From Enterobacteria phage KhF3: 64,000 bases of DNA. Shown here one piece after another: positions 28,113 through 34,848 of this stretch. Made by a program: the position numbers and the translations under genes. The first letter of the stretch is position 1; the number at the start of each line of letters is the position of its first letter. The DNA lies in the sequence record KT184315.1. One strand, given 5' to 3'. The notes under the pieces were generated by a model. That model ran no database searches. It worked only from the letters and a program-made list of their open reading frames with translations, and was not told where the DNA came from.

Positions 28113-28847
28113 TTATTTCTGTAATGCGTTCTTCATTTCTGGTGTTGCAATAGTGTCAATCACACCAGTTTTACAAGCATCATCAAACCAGTCTGGTAAG
28201 ATACCTGCTAAGAACCCATTGATATTCGTTTTAAGGTACTCTGCAATAAGAGCAGCTTCTTCTTCAATCATCTGCACAACTTCATCTGCATAAGCTGTAA
28301 TCTTCGAAATACCTTCATTAATCTTACTAACAGCTTGGTTAGCTAAATCAGAAATAGTATCAAGACCTTTGTCAATAGCATCTTGTAAGTCACTTAATAC
28401 ATCATTAACGACATCTAGTGCACTGTTAATTGTGTCAATAGCTTTTTGACCATATTCTGTAGCAACGCCCATAATACCACTAAACGGTGTACAGCCAACT
28501 TGTTCCCCTGCTGCACCCATAACATTGGAATACCCCTTTGCTACCTGCATACGTGATGAAAACTCATCAATAGACTTTTGACCATAGTCTGTTAAGGTCT
28601 TAGTAGTCGCTGTAGTGCTTGTAAGGCTTGTTGTAAAGCTGTTTAGAAGGACTGTTGTAAGTCCAGCAGCAACAAGTTTCTCCTTCATTGTAGGGTCTGT
28701 TACAGAGCTAATAGAACTTACAAGTGATGTAGAGGCAGCTACGGTTCCACCGAGAACTGCTGCACCAGTAATAAGGGGATTAGAAAACCCTCTACCGGTT
28801 TTTAAGAGATTAAAAATCTCCTTACCTTGTTCTGTCATCTCTTTCAT
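28113..28847 (-). CDS. Hypothetical protein (Ser/Thr-rich) embedded in tRNA region
   Basis: Start moved to internal ATG at 28847 because track start 28910 overlaps tRNA-Phe. Confidence 0.4.
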   Translation of the reverse strand: MKEMTEQGKEIFNLLKTGRGFSNPLITGAAVLGGTVAASTSLVSSISSVTDPTMKEKLVAAGLTTVLLNSFTTSLTSTTATTKTLTDYGQKSIDEFSSRMQVAKGYSNVMGAAGEQVGCTPFSGIMGVATEYGQKAIDTINSALDVVNDVLSDLQDAIDKGLDTISDLANQAVSKINEGISKITAYADEVVQMIEEEAALIAEYLKTNINGFLAGILPDWFDDACKTGVIDTIATPEMKNALQK

Positions 28848-28865
28848 TAAGCACCTTTGTAATTG

Positions 28866-28940
28866 GTAGTCCAGTGGGATTTGAACCCTCTTCTCATGTT
28901 TTTCAGACACGCGCTTTAACCATATAAGCTACTTGGACTA
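28866..28940 (-). tRNA. tRNA-Phe (anticodon GAA)
   Basis: T-loop ATTTGAA (plus view), 7/7 acceptor pairing, anticodon loop CTGAAAA. Confidence 0.65.
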
Positions 28941-28948
28941 TAAATTGG

Positions 28949-29021
28949 GGTGACCTACGGGATTTGAACCCGTATAGACCATGTTCACAGCATGGGTCAT
29001 TACCATTTATGATAAGGCCAC
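28949..29021 (-). tRNA. tRNA-His (anticodon GTG)
   Basis: Perfect T-stem and anticodon stem, loop CTGTGAA, discriminator C73, CCA encoded. Confidence 0.7.
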
Positions 29022-29055
29022 ATTTAAGGACTCTCGTAAGAATCCTTAGAAGTGG

Positions 29056-29128
29056 CAGCGGCATAAGGATTTGAACCTTAATAGGACAGCTTCAGAGACT
29101 GTTGCATTGCCAGTTATGCTATACCGCT
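29056..29128 (-). tRNA. tRNA-Gln (anticodon CTG)
   Basis: T-arm TAAGG-ATTTGAA-CCTTA, anticodon loop CTCTGAA, G73. Confidence 0.65.
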
Positions 29129-29136
29129 AAATTTGG

Positions 29137-29212
29137 TACTCCATATCGGATTCGAACCGATACATAACACAGATTTTAAGTCTGGCCTCTCTGCCAATTG
29201 GAGTAATGGAGC
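29137..29212 (-). tRNA. tRNA with anticodon TAA (Leu codon UUA) but class-I length
   Basis: Perfect T-arm ATCGG-ATTCGAA-CCGAT, A73, CCA encoded; anticodon loop CTTAAAA; 7-nt variable region only. Confidence 0.55.
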
Positions 29213-29217
29213 ATTGG

Positions 29218-29290
29218 CGGGGGATGTTGGAATTGAACCAACTTCTTCGATTTCAAAGACCGAGGTTTTAACCTTGTAAACTAATCCCCT
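29218..29290 (-). tRNA. tRNA-Gln (anticodon TTG)
   Basis: T-arm GTTGG-AATTGAA-CCAAC, anticodon loop CTTTGAA, G73. Confidence 0.65.
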
Positions 29291-29298
29291 TTAAATCT

Positions 29299-29856
29299 TT
29301 ACTTTCTCAGTGGATGAATAAAGAATGCCAACATAACTCTTTCCCTTGAGAATGCTCTTTCTTCTGGGACAACACTTTTTAGTTTCCATCCAATATAAAT
29401 TCTCCAGTAAAACTGTTTACCAAAGACTTTAATTGATGGGATAAAGGCGAATAATCCCCAAGCATTACTGTTCCACATTAGGAGATAACCAGTCTGATTA
29501 TCTTCAGGGTCAGAACTTACGTTGATATTACCTTTCCACTTAGTAACATCTTTTACATCTCTTCCTAATACATGGTAAGAGAAGTTATAAGCTTTGTTTC
29601 TCCAGAGCCATCCGACTCTTTGCATGTAGACGCCTAGTTTACCAATCCATCTAATATTAGCCCATCTTTTAACGTGACCTTCATCACCATCAATTGGGTT
29701 GTCATATGTCTCCATCCATCTGAACCCGAAAGGTAAGTGTCCTTTCTTCTCACTGTAGAATGGAACTACAAAAGGTGCTAAGATAACTGCTAAGATTGCT
29801 GCAAATGGTTCTAACAAAGCTAAGAAAATCCATGAAGCATACTTTAAGTATCTCAT
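29299..29856 (-). CDS. Hypothetical membrane protein
   Basis: 185 aa; N-terminal TM WIFLALLEPFAAILAVILAPFVV; Trp-rich. Confidence 0.4.
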   Translation of the reverse strand: MRYLKYASWIFLALLEPFAAILAVILAPFVVPFYSEKKGHLPFGFRWMETYDNPIDGDEGHVKRWANIRWIGKLGVYMQRVGWLWRNKAYNFSYHVLGRDVKDVTKWKGNINVSSDPEDNQTGYLLMWNSNAWGLFAFIPSIKVFGKQFYWRIYIGWKLKSVVPEERAFSRERVMLAFFIHPLRK

Positions 29857-30095
29857 TGTCTAATCCTCGTAAGGAGGTAAATGTTATTATTCGTTTCTAA
29901 ACCTTCTGGTAAAACTATCTCAAAAATAACACTCTTCAGATGTCTACCACCAAAACAATCACGTATAAATCTTTCTACTCTAGCGGGGTCACATAAGTAT
30001 CCCACTTTTAAGAAAATGTGGTGTTCAACACCAATGACCCTGACAAACTCAATACTCTCACAGTTTTCATGTTCAACTACTGTTAATGTTTGCAT
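29853..30095 (-). CDS. Hypothetical protein
   Basis: 80 aa ORF coupled to downstream gene. Confidence 0.4.
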   Translation of the reverse strand: MQTLTVVEHENCESIEFVRVIGVEHHIFLKVGYLCDPARVERFIRDCFGGRHLKSVIFEIVLPEGLETNNNIYLLTRIRQ

Positions 30096-30115
30096 AGTAT
30101 CACCTTTTTATCTGG

Positions 30116-30188
30116 CGCAGGATAAGGGATTCGAACCCCTATTAACAGCTTCGTAGACTGTTGCTCTTTCCATTTGAACTAATCCTGC
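30116..30188 (-). tRNA. tRNA-Arg (anticodon ACG)
   Basis: 7/7 acceptor pairing, T-loop ATTCGAA, anticodon loop CTACGAA. Confidence 0.7.
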
Positions 30189-30196
30189 AAAATTGG

Positions 30197-30271
30197 TGTT
30201 CCAAGACGGATTCGAACCGTCACTAATACAAGGTTTGAGCTTGCATCCTCTGCCAATTGGGATACTGGAAC
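30197..30271 (-). tRNA. tRNA with anticodon CAA (Leu codon UUG) but class-I length
   Basis: Perfect T-arm GACGG-ATTCGAA-CCGTC, A73, anticodon loop CTCAAAC, 6-nt variable region. Confidence 0.55.
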
Positions 30272-30275
30272 ATGG

Positions 30276-30347
30276 TACTCACTAAAGGACTTGAACCTTT
30301 TTCTTCATCTTGTAAGGGTGATGTTTTACCATATAAACTAAGCGAGT
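30276..30347 (-). tRNA. tRNA-Val (anticodon TAC)
   Basis: T-arm AAAGG-ACTTGAA-CCTTT, anticodon loop CTTACAA, A73. Confidence 0.65.
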
Positions 30348-30443
30348 ATGAAAGAGGTCTGGAGTTGTGCCGCTAACTCAACTCCGTGGAATTTGTTACG
30401 GTCTTCAGTTGACTCAAAGCGGTCTTTCACTTGACCTCTGAAT
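30348..30443 (-). ncRNA. Structured non-tRNA spacer (candidate small RNA or processing element)
   Basis: No T-loop signature; hairpin GGAGTTG-N11-CAACTCC at 30361-30385; long-range GAGGTC/GACCTC; contains ACGGTCTTC motif. Confidence 0.3.
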
Positions 30444-30446
30444 TGG

Positions 30447-30519
30447 TGCTCCCACAAGGACTCGAACCCTGATAAGTTGCTTACAAGGCAACCGTAATAA
30501 CCAATTATACGATAGGAGC
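30447..30519 (-). tRNA. tRNA-Thr (anticodon TGT)
   Basis: Perfect anticodon stem GTTGC/GCAAC, loop CTTGTAA, A73. Confidence 0.7.
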
Positions 30520-30529
30520 ATTAATTTGG

Positions 30530-30601
30530 AGCATCCAGAGGGAATCGAACCCTCAACCTCAGTTTGGAAGACTGTAATTTTCCCGTTTAAACTATGGATG
30601 C
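30530..30601 (-). tRNA. tRNA-Gly (anticodon TCC)
   Basis: Perfect acceptor and T-stem, loop CTTCCAA, U73. Confidence 0.7.
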
Positions 30602-30610
30602 ACTAATTGG

Positions 30611-30683
30611 TGGAGTCACCGAGAATTGAACTCGGTTCCCAAGTTTGCAAAACTCGAATTTTAACCATATAAACTATGACCCC
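30611..30683 (-). tRNA. tRNA-Ala (anticodon TGC)
   Basis: G3:U70 wobble pair in acceptor stem (Ala identity element), A73, anticodon loop TTTGCAA. Confidence 0.75.
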
Positions 30684-30692
30684 ATTGTTTGG

Positions 30693-30765
30693 TACAGGTG
30701 GAGGGAATTGAACCCATCGTCTTACTGATTAAGAGTCAGCCGCATAACCATTTTGCTACACCTGC
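30693..30765 (-). tRNA. tRNA-Lys (anticodon CTT)
   Basis: T-loop AATTGAA with weak 3-bp T-stem, anticodon loop CTCTTAA, A73. Confidence 0.6.
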
Positions 30766-30775
30766 ATTAATTTGG

Positions 30776-30849
30776 TACACCTAGAGAGATTCGAACTCAC
30801 ACTGAGCAGATTCTAAGTCTGCTGCCTCTACCAGTTGGGCTATAGGTGC
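30776..30849 (-). tRNA. tRNA with anticodon TAG (Leu codons CUA/CUG) but class-I length
   Basis: Perfect anticodon stem GCAGA/TCTGC, loop CTTAGAA, A73, 5-nt variable region. Confidence 0.55.
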
Positions 30850-31104
30850 ATTAAATCTTTTTAGAGAACTTCTAAGAACCTAAGCAACAAGGCTCCACAA
30901 CAAGCTGTAATAACCTTAGAAGCCCTCTAAAAAGACCTAAATAGGTCTTTGCATAGTCTTGTTTAATCCGGTGACTAGAACCTTTGGAGAGCTTGATATT
31001 ATCTCTTCTCCGTGACACCTACTAGGTGCTTTGACAGTGTACGACAATACACGAGGGATAAACCGACAATGCGAACAAGCATGGACGGAGTAAATCTTAT
31101 TAGG

Positions 31105-31192
31105 CGGTAAGTAAAGGAGTCGAACCCTCACCGTATCTCTACAGTGGCAACTGTTTTCAAGACAGTTTGGCTACCATTAGCCGCTACCTACC
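31105..31192 (-). tRNA. tRNA-Ser (anticodon TGA), class II
   Basis: Perfect anticodon stem ACTGT/ACAGT, loop CTTGAAA, 20-nt variable arm, G73. Confidence 0.7.
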
Positions 31193-31208
31193 CCTAATAA
31201 GACTTTGG

Positions 31209-31288
31209 CATGGGACGGAGGAGTTGAACCCCTTTGAAACGGTTTTGGAGGCCGTTGCTCATGCCTTAGAGTCTTAACATCGTCCCAT
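31209..31288 (-). tRNA. tRNA-Trp (anticodon CCA) with enlarged D-loop
   Basis: Perfect 7-bp acceptor, G73, anticodon loop CTCCAAA; about 7 extra nt in D region. Confidence 0.6.
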
Positions 31289-31433
31289 ATTATAATTCGA
31301 AGCTTACCCTGTTATCTCAACACTGTCAAGCTTCTTCTCAGATTATTTACATGTTCTGGAAAACATGAGATACAGACCACCTCCCTACAGGAAGACCCGC
31401 TAAGGCCGTCTAAGTAATCTGCTAACTATTTGG

Positions 31434-31507
31434 TACACCCTACAGGATTCGAACCTGTAACTAACGATTTAGAAGACCGTTGCTCTATCCAATTGAACTA
31501 AGGGTGC
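31434..31507 (-). tRNA. tRNA-Arg (anticodon TCT)
   Basis: Perfect T-arm ACAGG-ATTCGAA-CCTGT, anticodon loop CTTCTAA. Confidence 0.7.
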
Positions 31508-31756
31508 ATTATCTTTAAAGACTCTCTTAGAAAGCCCTTAAAGATGCCCACCTTATTAATCATACCGTGGGCGAGTACGCCAAATTCTTTGATGAGGGAT
31601 TGGAAGACCTCACTGGTGTTTAGCCTATCAAGCTACTGCCAGAAAAACATTGTCGTTTGCATTTATTTTAAATTTGCAAAATAGACGCTACGCAACGAAA
31701 ACTAAGGTTACTATAAAGTAGTCACATCTCAATGTCAACAACTTTATTGAAATTGG

Positions 31757-31829
31757 TACTGGTAGGTGGAATCGAACCACCGATGTTCCCTTATCAGGGG
31801 AGTGTTATAACCTTCTTAACTATACCAGC
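31757..31829 (-). tRNA. tRNA-Ile (anticodon GAT)
   Basis: Perfect T-arm GGTGG-AATCGAA-CCACC, anticodon loop CTGATAA, A73. Confidence 0.7.
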
Positions 31830-31833
31830 TTGG

Positions 31834-31907
31834 AGGTTCAGATGGGAATCGAACCCACATTCATAGGGCTTATGAGACCCTTGCATTACCTTATCTGCGA
31901 CTGAACC
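31834..31907 (-). tRNA. tRNA-Met (anticodon CAT)
   Basis: Perfect 7-bp acceptor, anticodon loop CTCATAA, three G-C pairs in anticodon stem. Confidence 0.65.
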
Positions 31908-31988
31908 AGAATAAGTACCCTAGTTAGAGAAACTGTTGAGTGGGTGTTTCCAGCCGCGCAGGTGTTTCTCAGTTAAGGGTGAATTTGG

Positions 31989-32061
31989 TAGAAGTGGAGG
32001 GATTCGAACCCATCGCCTGTCAGATTAAAAGTCTGCCGCATCACCATTCTGCTACACTTCC
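31989..32061 (-). tRNA. tRNA-Lys (anticodon TTT)
   Basis: Anticodon loop CTTTTAA, A73, T-arm similar to the other Lys tRNA. Confidence 0.65.
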
Positions 32062-32065
32062 ATTA

Positions 32066-32209
32066 AATTATCTTTGTAGATAAGCTACCCAGACTTGCTT
32101 AAGGTCTGTAGCGATGTGCCTTTTTGGGTTTAAATCTAGAATTTACCCTTTCACCCTTTGTGGTCGCATACTCACAGGTAAGCTTAATAACTTATCTACA
32201 AAGATAATT
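32066..32209. repeat. 19-bp perfect inverted repeat (AATTATCTTTGTAGATAAG) with arms about 106 nt apart
   Basis: Left arm 32066-32084, right arm 32191-32209 (reverse complement identical). Confidence 0.7.
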
Positions 32210-32234
32210 ACCAGACCGTTGTTTATCATCTTAA

Positions 32235-32307
32235 GTGCTACCATTACACCAACTCGACATCTGCCGAGTGAAGGAATCGAACCTTCGCCTTTTCTTTACC
32301 GGAGAAA
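32235..32307 (-). ncRNA. tRNA-like element with all tRNA arms present in circularly permuted order (anticodon GGT)
   Basis: Minus-strand order: anticodon arm TTTCT-CCGGTAA-AGAAA, 4-nt variable, T-arm GAAGG-TTCGATT-CCTTC, 3' acceptor ACTCGGC, linker AGAT, 5' acceptor GTCGAGT, U8, D-arm GTGT-AATGGTA-GCAC; bracketed by 8-bp helix (plus 32213-32220 with 32331-32338). Confidence 0.4.
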
Positions 32308-32524
32308 TAGATTGTTTAAGTTTTGCTGTAAACGGTCTTCTGTAAAATTGTTGAGCCAGACCAAGTTTTATAAATTTTTTCAAAATTAAATTGGCTTGAA
32401 AATATCATACGTACTTGCTGAATTTGGTCTTCTGCTCCTTTAAAGAATACTCGTAAGAACTCTTTAAGGGAGGGGCTAAAATAGCCCTCTCAAACATCAT
32501 TTTGAAATACTTATTATAATTTGG

Positions 32525-32599
32525 CGGTTACGAAGGGATTTGAACCCTCATCATCTCCCGTGACAGGGGAGTATTTTAACCAGATTAAACTACATAACC
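32525..32599 (-). tRNA. tRNA-Asp (anticodon GTC)
   Basis: Perfect anticodon stem CTCCC/GGGAG, loop CTGTCAC, T-loop ATTTGAA, CCA encoded. Confidence 0.7.
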
Positions 32600-32608
32600 T
32601 TTATTTGG

Positions 32609-32693
32609 TGTGCCGTGTAGGAGTCGAACCTACCGAGTCTCAATGACAAGGGATTTACAGTCCCCACCGCTACCATCTACGGGATAACGACAC
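32609..32693 (-). tRNA. tRNA-Tyr (anticodon GTA), class II
   Basis: Perfect T-arm GTAGG-AGTCGAA-CCTAC, 15-nt variable arm, anticodon loop CTGTAAA, A73. Confidence 0.7.
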
Positions 32694-32705
32694 ATTTAAA
32701 TTTGG

Positions 32706-32779
32706 CGGTTAGTCAGGGATTCGAACCCTGTGCCATTCGCTTAACAGGCGACCGCACATACCTTATGTGCTTCCTAACC
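32706..32779 (-). tRNA. tRNA-Asn (anticodon GTT)
   Basis: Perfect T-arm CAGGG-ATTCGAA-CCCTG, anticodon loop CTGTTAA, G73. Confidence 0.7.
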
Positions 32780-32856
32780 TTAATACATTGCCAGACCGTG
32801 TTTTTTCTTTTATCCGCAAAAAGTATTTTGTTGCTGAATACGGTCTTCTGCAAAAT
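32780..32856 (-). ncRNA. Repeated hairpin spacer element (CAGAAGACCGT ... ACGGTCTGG family)
   Basis: 7-bp stem AGACCGT/ACGGTCT enclosing about 40 nt that begins ATTCAGCAA; same arms recur at 32211/32331, 32356/32426, 32943/33008. Confidence 0.35.
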
Positions 32857-32859
32857 TGG

Positions 32860-32933
32860 AGGCGGGTGCAGGAGTCGAACCTGCCGATACCATGCTAATG
32901 AGACATGTGAGACGCCCTTTCTCTATACCCGCA
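32860..32933 (-). tRNA. tRNA with anticodon CAT (Met- or Ile2-type) and unpaired 1:72
   Basis: Perfect T-arm GCAGG-AGTCGAA-CCTGC, D-stem GAGA/TCTC, anticodon loop CTCATTA, first acceptor pair mismatched. Confidence 0.55.
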
Positions 32934-33027
32934 ATTCTTAATGACCAGACCAAATCTATTCTTTGTCCGATTTACCTTCAGATGAATAAGATTAAGTTTG
33001 CTGTAATTGGTCTTCTGTCAAAACTGG

Positions 33028-33102
33028 CGTTCCAGAAGGGATTTGAACCCTCAGATATCCACTTTGAAAGAGTGGTGACTTTACCATTTTGTCTACTGGA
33101 AC
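33028..33102 (-). tRNA. tRNA-Glu (anticodon TTC)
   Basis: 7/7 acceptor pairing, perfect anticodon stem, loop CTTTCAA, G73. Confidence 0.7.
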
Positions 33103-33112
33103 ATTAATTTGG

Positions 33113-33186
33113 TCTCTGTTGGAGGACTTGAACCTCCGGCCTTACCGCCCCAAACGGAACGCTCTACCAAGCTGAGCTAAACAGAG
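33113..33186 (-). tRNA. tRNA-Pro (anticodon TGG)
   Basis: 7/7 acceptor pairing, perfect T-arm GGAGG-ACTTGAA-CCTCC, loop TTTGGGG, A73. Confidence 0.7.
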
Positions 33187-33304
33187 ATAAACTTTTCAAA
33201 CTCTATGTAACCACTTTAACATTATTTTTTAGTGGTTGTCAAGAACTTTTTTAAAATATTTTTCAGTATCTTAGAAAAGCTCTCATTTCGTTTCTATGTA
33301 GAAC

Positions 33305-33333
33305 ATATTAAAGGGTATTAAACACATTGTCAA
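33305..33333 (-). promoter_or_regulatory. Sigma70-type promoter (TTGACA-17-TAATAT) reading into the tRNA array; embedded in a 9-bp-stem hairpin
   Basis: Minus strand AAGGGTATTGACAATGTGTTTAATACCCTTTAATAT; -35 at 33333-33328, -10 at 33310-33305. Confidence 0.5.
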
Positions 33334-33351
33334 TACCCTTTTTAAAACTTT

Positions 33352-34767
33352 TTACCAGATGTAACGGTCAATCATTACTGCTTTGAGCATTACGCTGGTT
33401 GGGTCAAACTTCTCACCACCAAGCAGAGCTTTTAAAGTGGCTGGAGAGAACCCTGATACCATTGCTACACCGTTATCCTTAACAGACACTTCGCAAGTAC
33501 CACTACGGTTTGCTAAGTACCAGAATACCAGTTGTGGCATTTCGTATCCAGCTTTTTTGTACTTACTACGAATTGCTTCAAAGTTTGTACGACCATTTGC
33601 ACCGTCAACCTGATTGAACTCCATATCAGAGAAGATGATAAGCTTACTTGGCATATCTTTCTGAGTCAAGTTGTTTCTCTTACCTGTCTCAAGAATGCGG
33701 TCAAAAGCTGCTTGTAAGTTAGTTGAACCGTATTCAACATGACGCATTACCTGACGATGACGGTTTCGTAAATCACCACTCAGTTCAATGAAGTGAGGGT
33801 TTGTTGAATAAACCATCAACTCATTCTTAAAGCAACCTGTATTACGTTCTGCTACATACAATGCAAGTGAAACACCAATATCAAGAGCAGTAATTGAACC
33901 AAAATTCACCCAAGACATTGAACTTGAAACATCAGACATACATAGAATGTTTTCACCCTCTGCCATCCAGTTTGGTAGTGCTTTCCACTGCTCATTAGCA
34001 ACATCTGCATTACCATACTTAACAGATTTAATCACATCGTATGGGTAAACAGCACCAGCATTAATCTTAGTCTCACCCTTTGATAAGGACTCGATGTAAG
34101 CTTTGTAGCGCTCTCCATCTTTACGGTTAAACAGTTTTTGGTAACGTGCAGCAGCAAGTGAAGGAATCTTGCTGTAATCAATCTTACCAAACTCATTAGC
34201 AGAGATTTTTTGCTCAACTGTATCAGATAGTGCAGACAACAGTGTGCGGTACTCTTTCTCACTCAAGTTGGCAAACTTGCAGAAACGTTTTACAAACTGT
34301 TTGTGGCGTGGTTTTACTCGTGGCAACCACTTAGCTGCTAAACCTGCTGTTGCAGGGTCTAGTAATGCTGCTTCTAAATGTTTGAAGGCATCTGTCTCGA
34401 AACGAGTACCTACGAAGATTTTGAAGTCATCAAAGCGACCAAGTTCTGCAATCTTATCCATAATGCGAAGAACCTGTGTAGGTTCTAAAACTTTATCTTC
34501 AATCGCTTGAAGCAAAACAGTTCTGAAGGCTTTACGCTCACCCATACCTTCTCGTACATCTCGCATATGCAGTAAAATACGAACTGCAACATCAACATCC
34601 TCACGCAAAGCTTTGTAGAACAAGTCTGGTAAGATTTCTACATTGCTACGGCTTGAACCAGCAGCTTTGTAAAAATCTACAAGAGCAGACATTGATGAAG
34701 TATGGTTTACAGCACCATTTTCAGTTCGACCTGCATGAAGGTGCGCATGTTTAAATAACTCGCTCAT
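33352..34767 (-). CDS. vWA-domain protein (MIDAS motif DxSxS) with helical N-terminal domain
   Basis: CMSDVSSSMS (DxSxS) followed by beta-strand LIIFSDMEF; 471 aa. Confidence 0.5.
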   Translation of the reverse strand: MSELFKHAHLHAGRTENGAVNHTSSMSALVDFYKAAGSSRSNVEILPDLFYKALREDVDVAVRILLHMRDVREGMGERKAFRTVLLQAIEDKVLEPTQVLRIMDKIAELGRFDDFKIFVGTRFETDAFKHLEAALLDPATAGLAAKWLPRVKPRHKQFVKRFCKFANLSEKEYRTLLSALSDTVEQKISANEFGKIDYSKIPSLAAARYQKLFNRKDGERYKAYIESLSKGETKINAGAVYPYDVIKSVKYGNADVANEQWKALPNWMAEGENILCMSDVSSSMSWVNFGSITALDIGVSLALYVAERNTGCFKNELMVYSTNPHFIELSGDLRNRHRQVMRHVEYGSTNLQAAFDRILETGKRNNLTQKDMPSKLIIFSDMEFNQVDGANGRTNFEAIRSKYKKAGYEMPQLVFWYLANRSGTCEVSVKDNGVAMVSGFSPATLKALLGGEKFDPTSVMLKAVMIDRYIW

Positions 34768-34805
34768 ATTTTACTCTCTTCTCTCATTTGTTGTTTGATG
34801 TGACA

Positions 34806-34840
34806 GACTTTAGAGCAACTTTGTAGAGTCTGTCAACACC
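34806..34840 (-). promoter_or_regulatory. Hairpin containing TTGACA; candidate promoter/terminator between convergent-to-tandem genes
   Basis: GACAGACT ... AGTCTGTC inverted repeat; minus strand TTGACA-N18-TAAAGT. Confidence 0.35.
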
Positions 34841-34848
34841 TTTTAAAA

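Noticed and set aside
27823-28293. Track ORFs 27823-28050 (-) and 28018-28293 (+)
   Set aside because: They overlap tRNA-Cys and tRNA-Ser and lack ribosome-binding sites; most likely spurious frames over RNA genes.
30937-31131. Track ORF 30937-31131 (-), 64 aa
   Set aside because: Lies in an inter-tRNA gap and runs into tRNA-Ser (31105-31192); no RBS; rich in rare residues.
32114-33107. Track ORFs 32114-32389 (+), 32702-32941 (+), 32856-33107 (+)
   Set aside because: Plus-strand frames reading across minus-strand tRNAs and hairpin spacers; the translations are Cys/Arg/Phe-rich nonsense typical of reading through RNA genes.
33383-34510. Track ORFs nested in the vWA-domain gene (33383-33613, 33532-33717, 34032-34262, 34244-34510)
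   Set aside because: Shadow frames inside a 471-aa gene that has a recognisable MIDAS motif.
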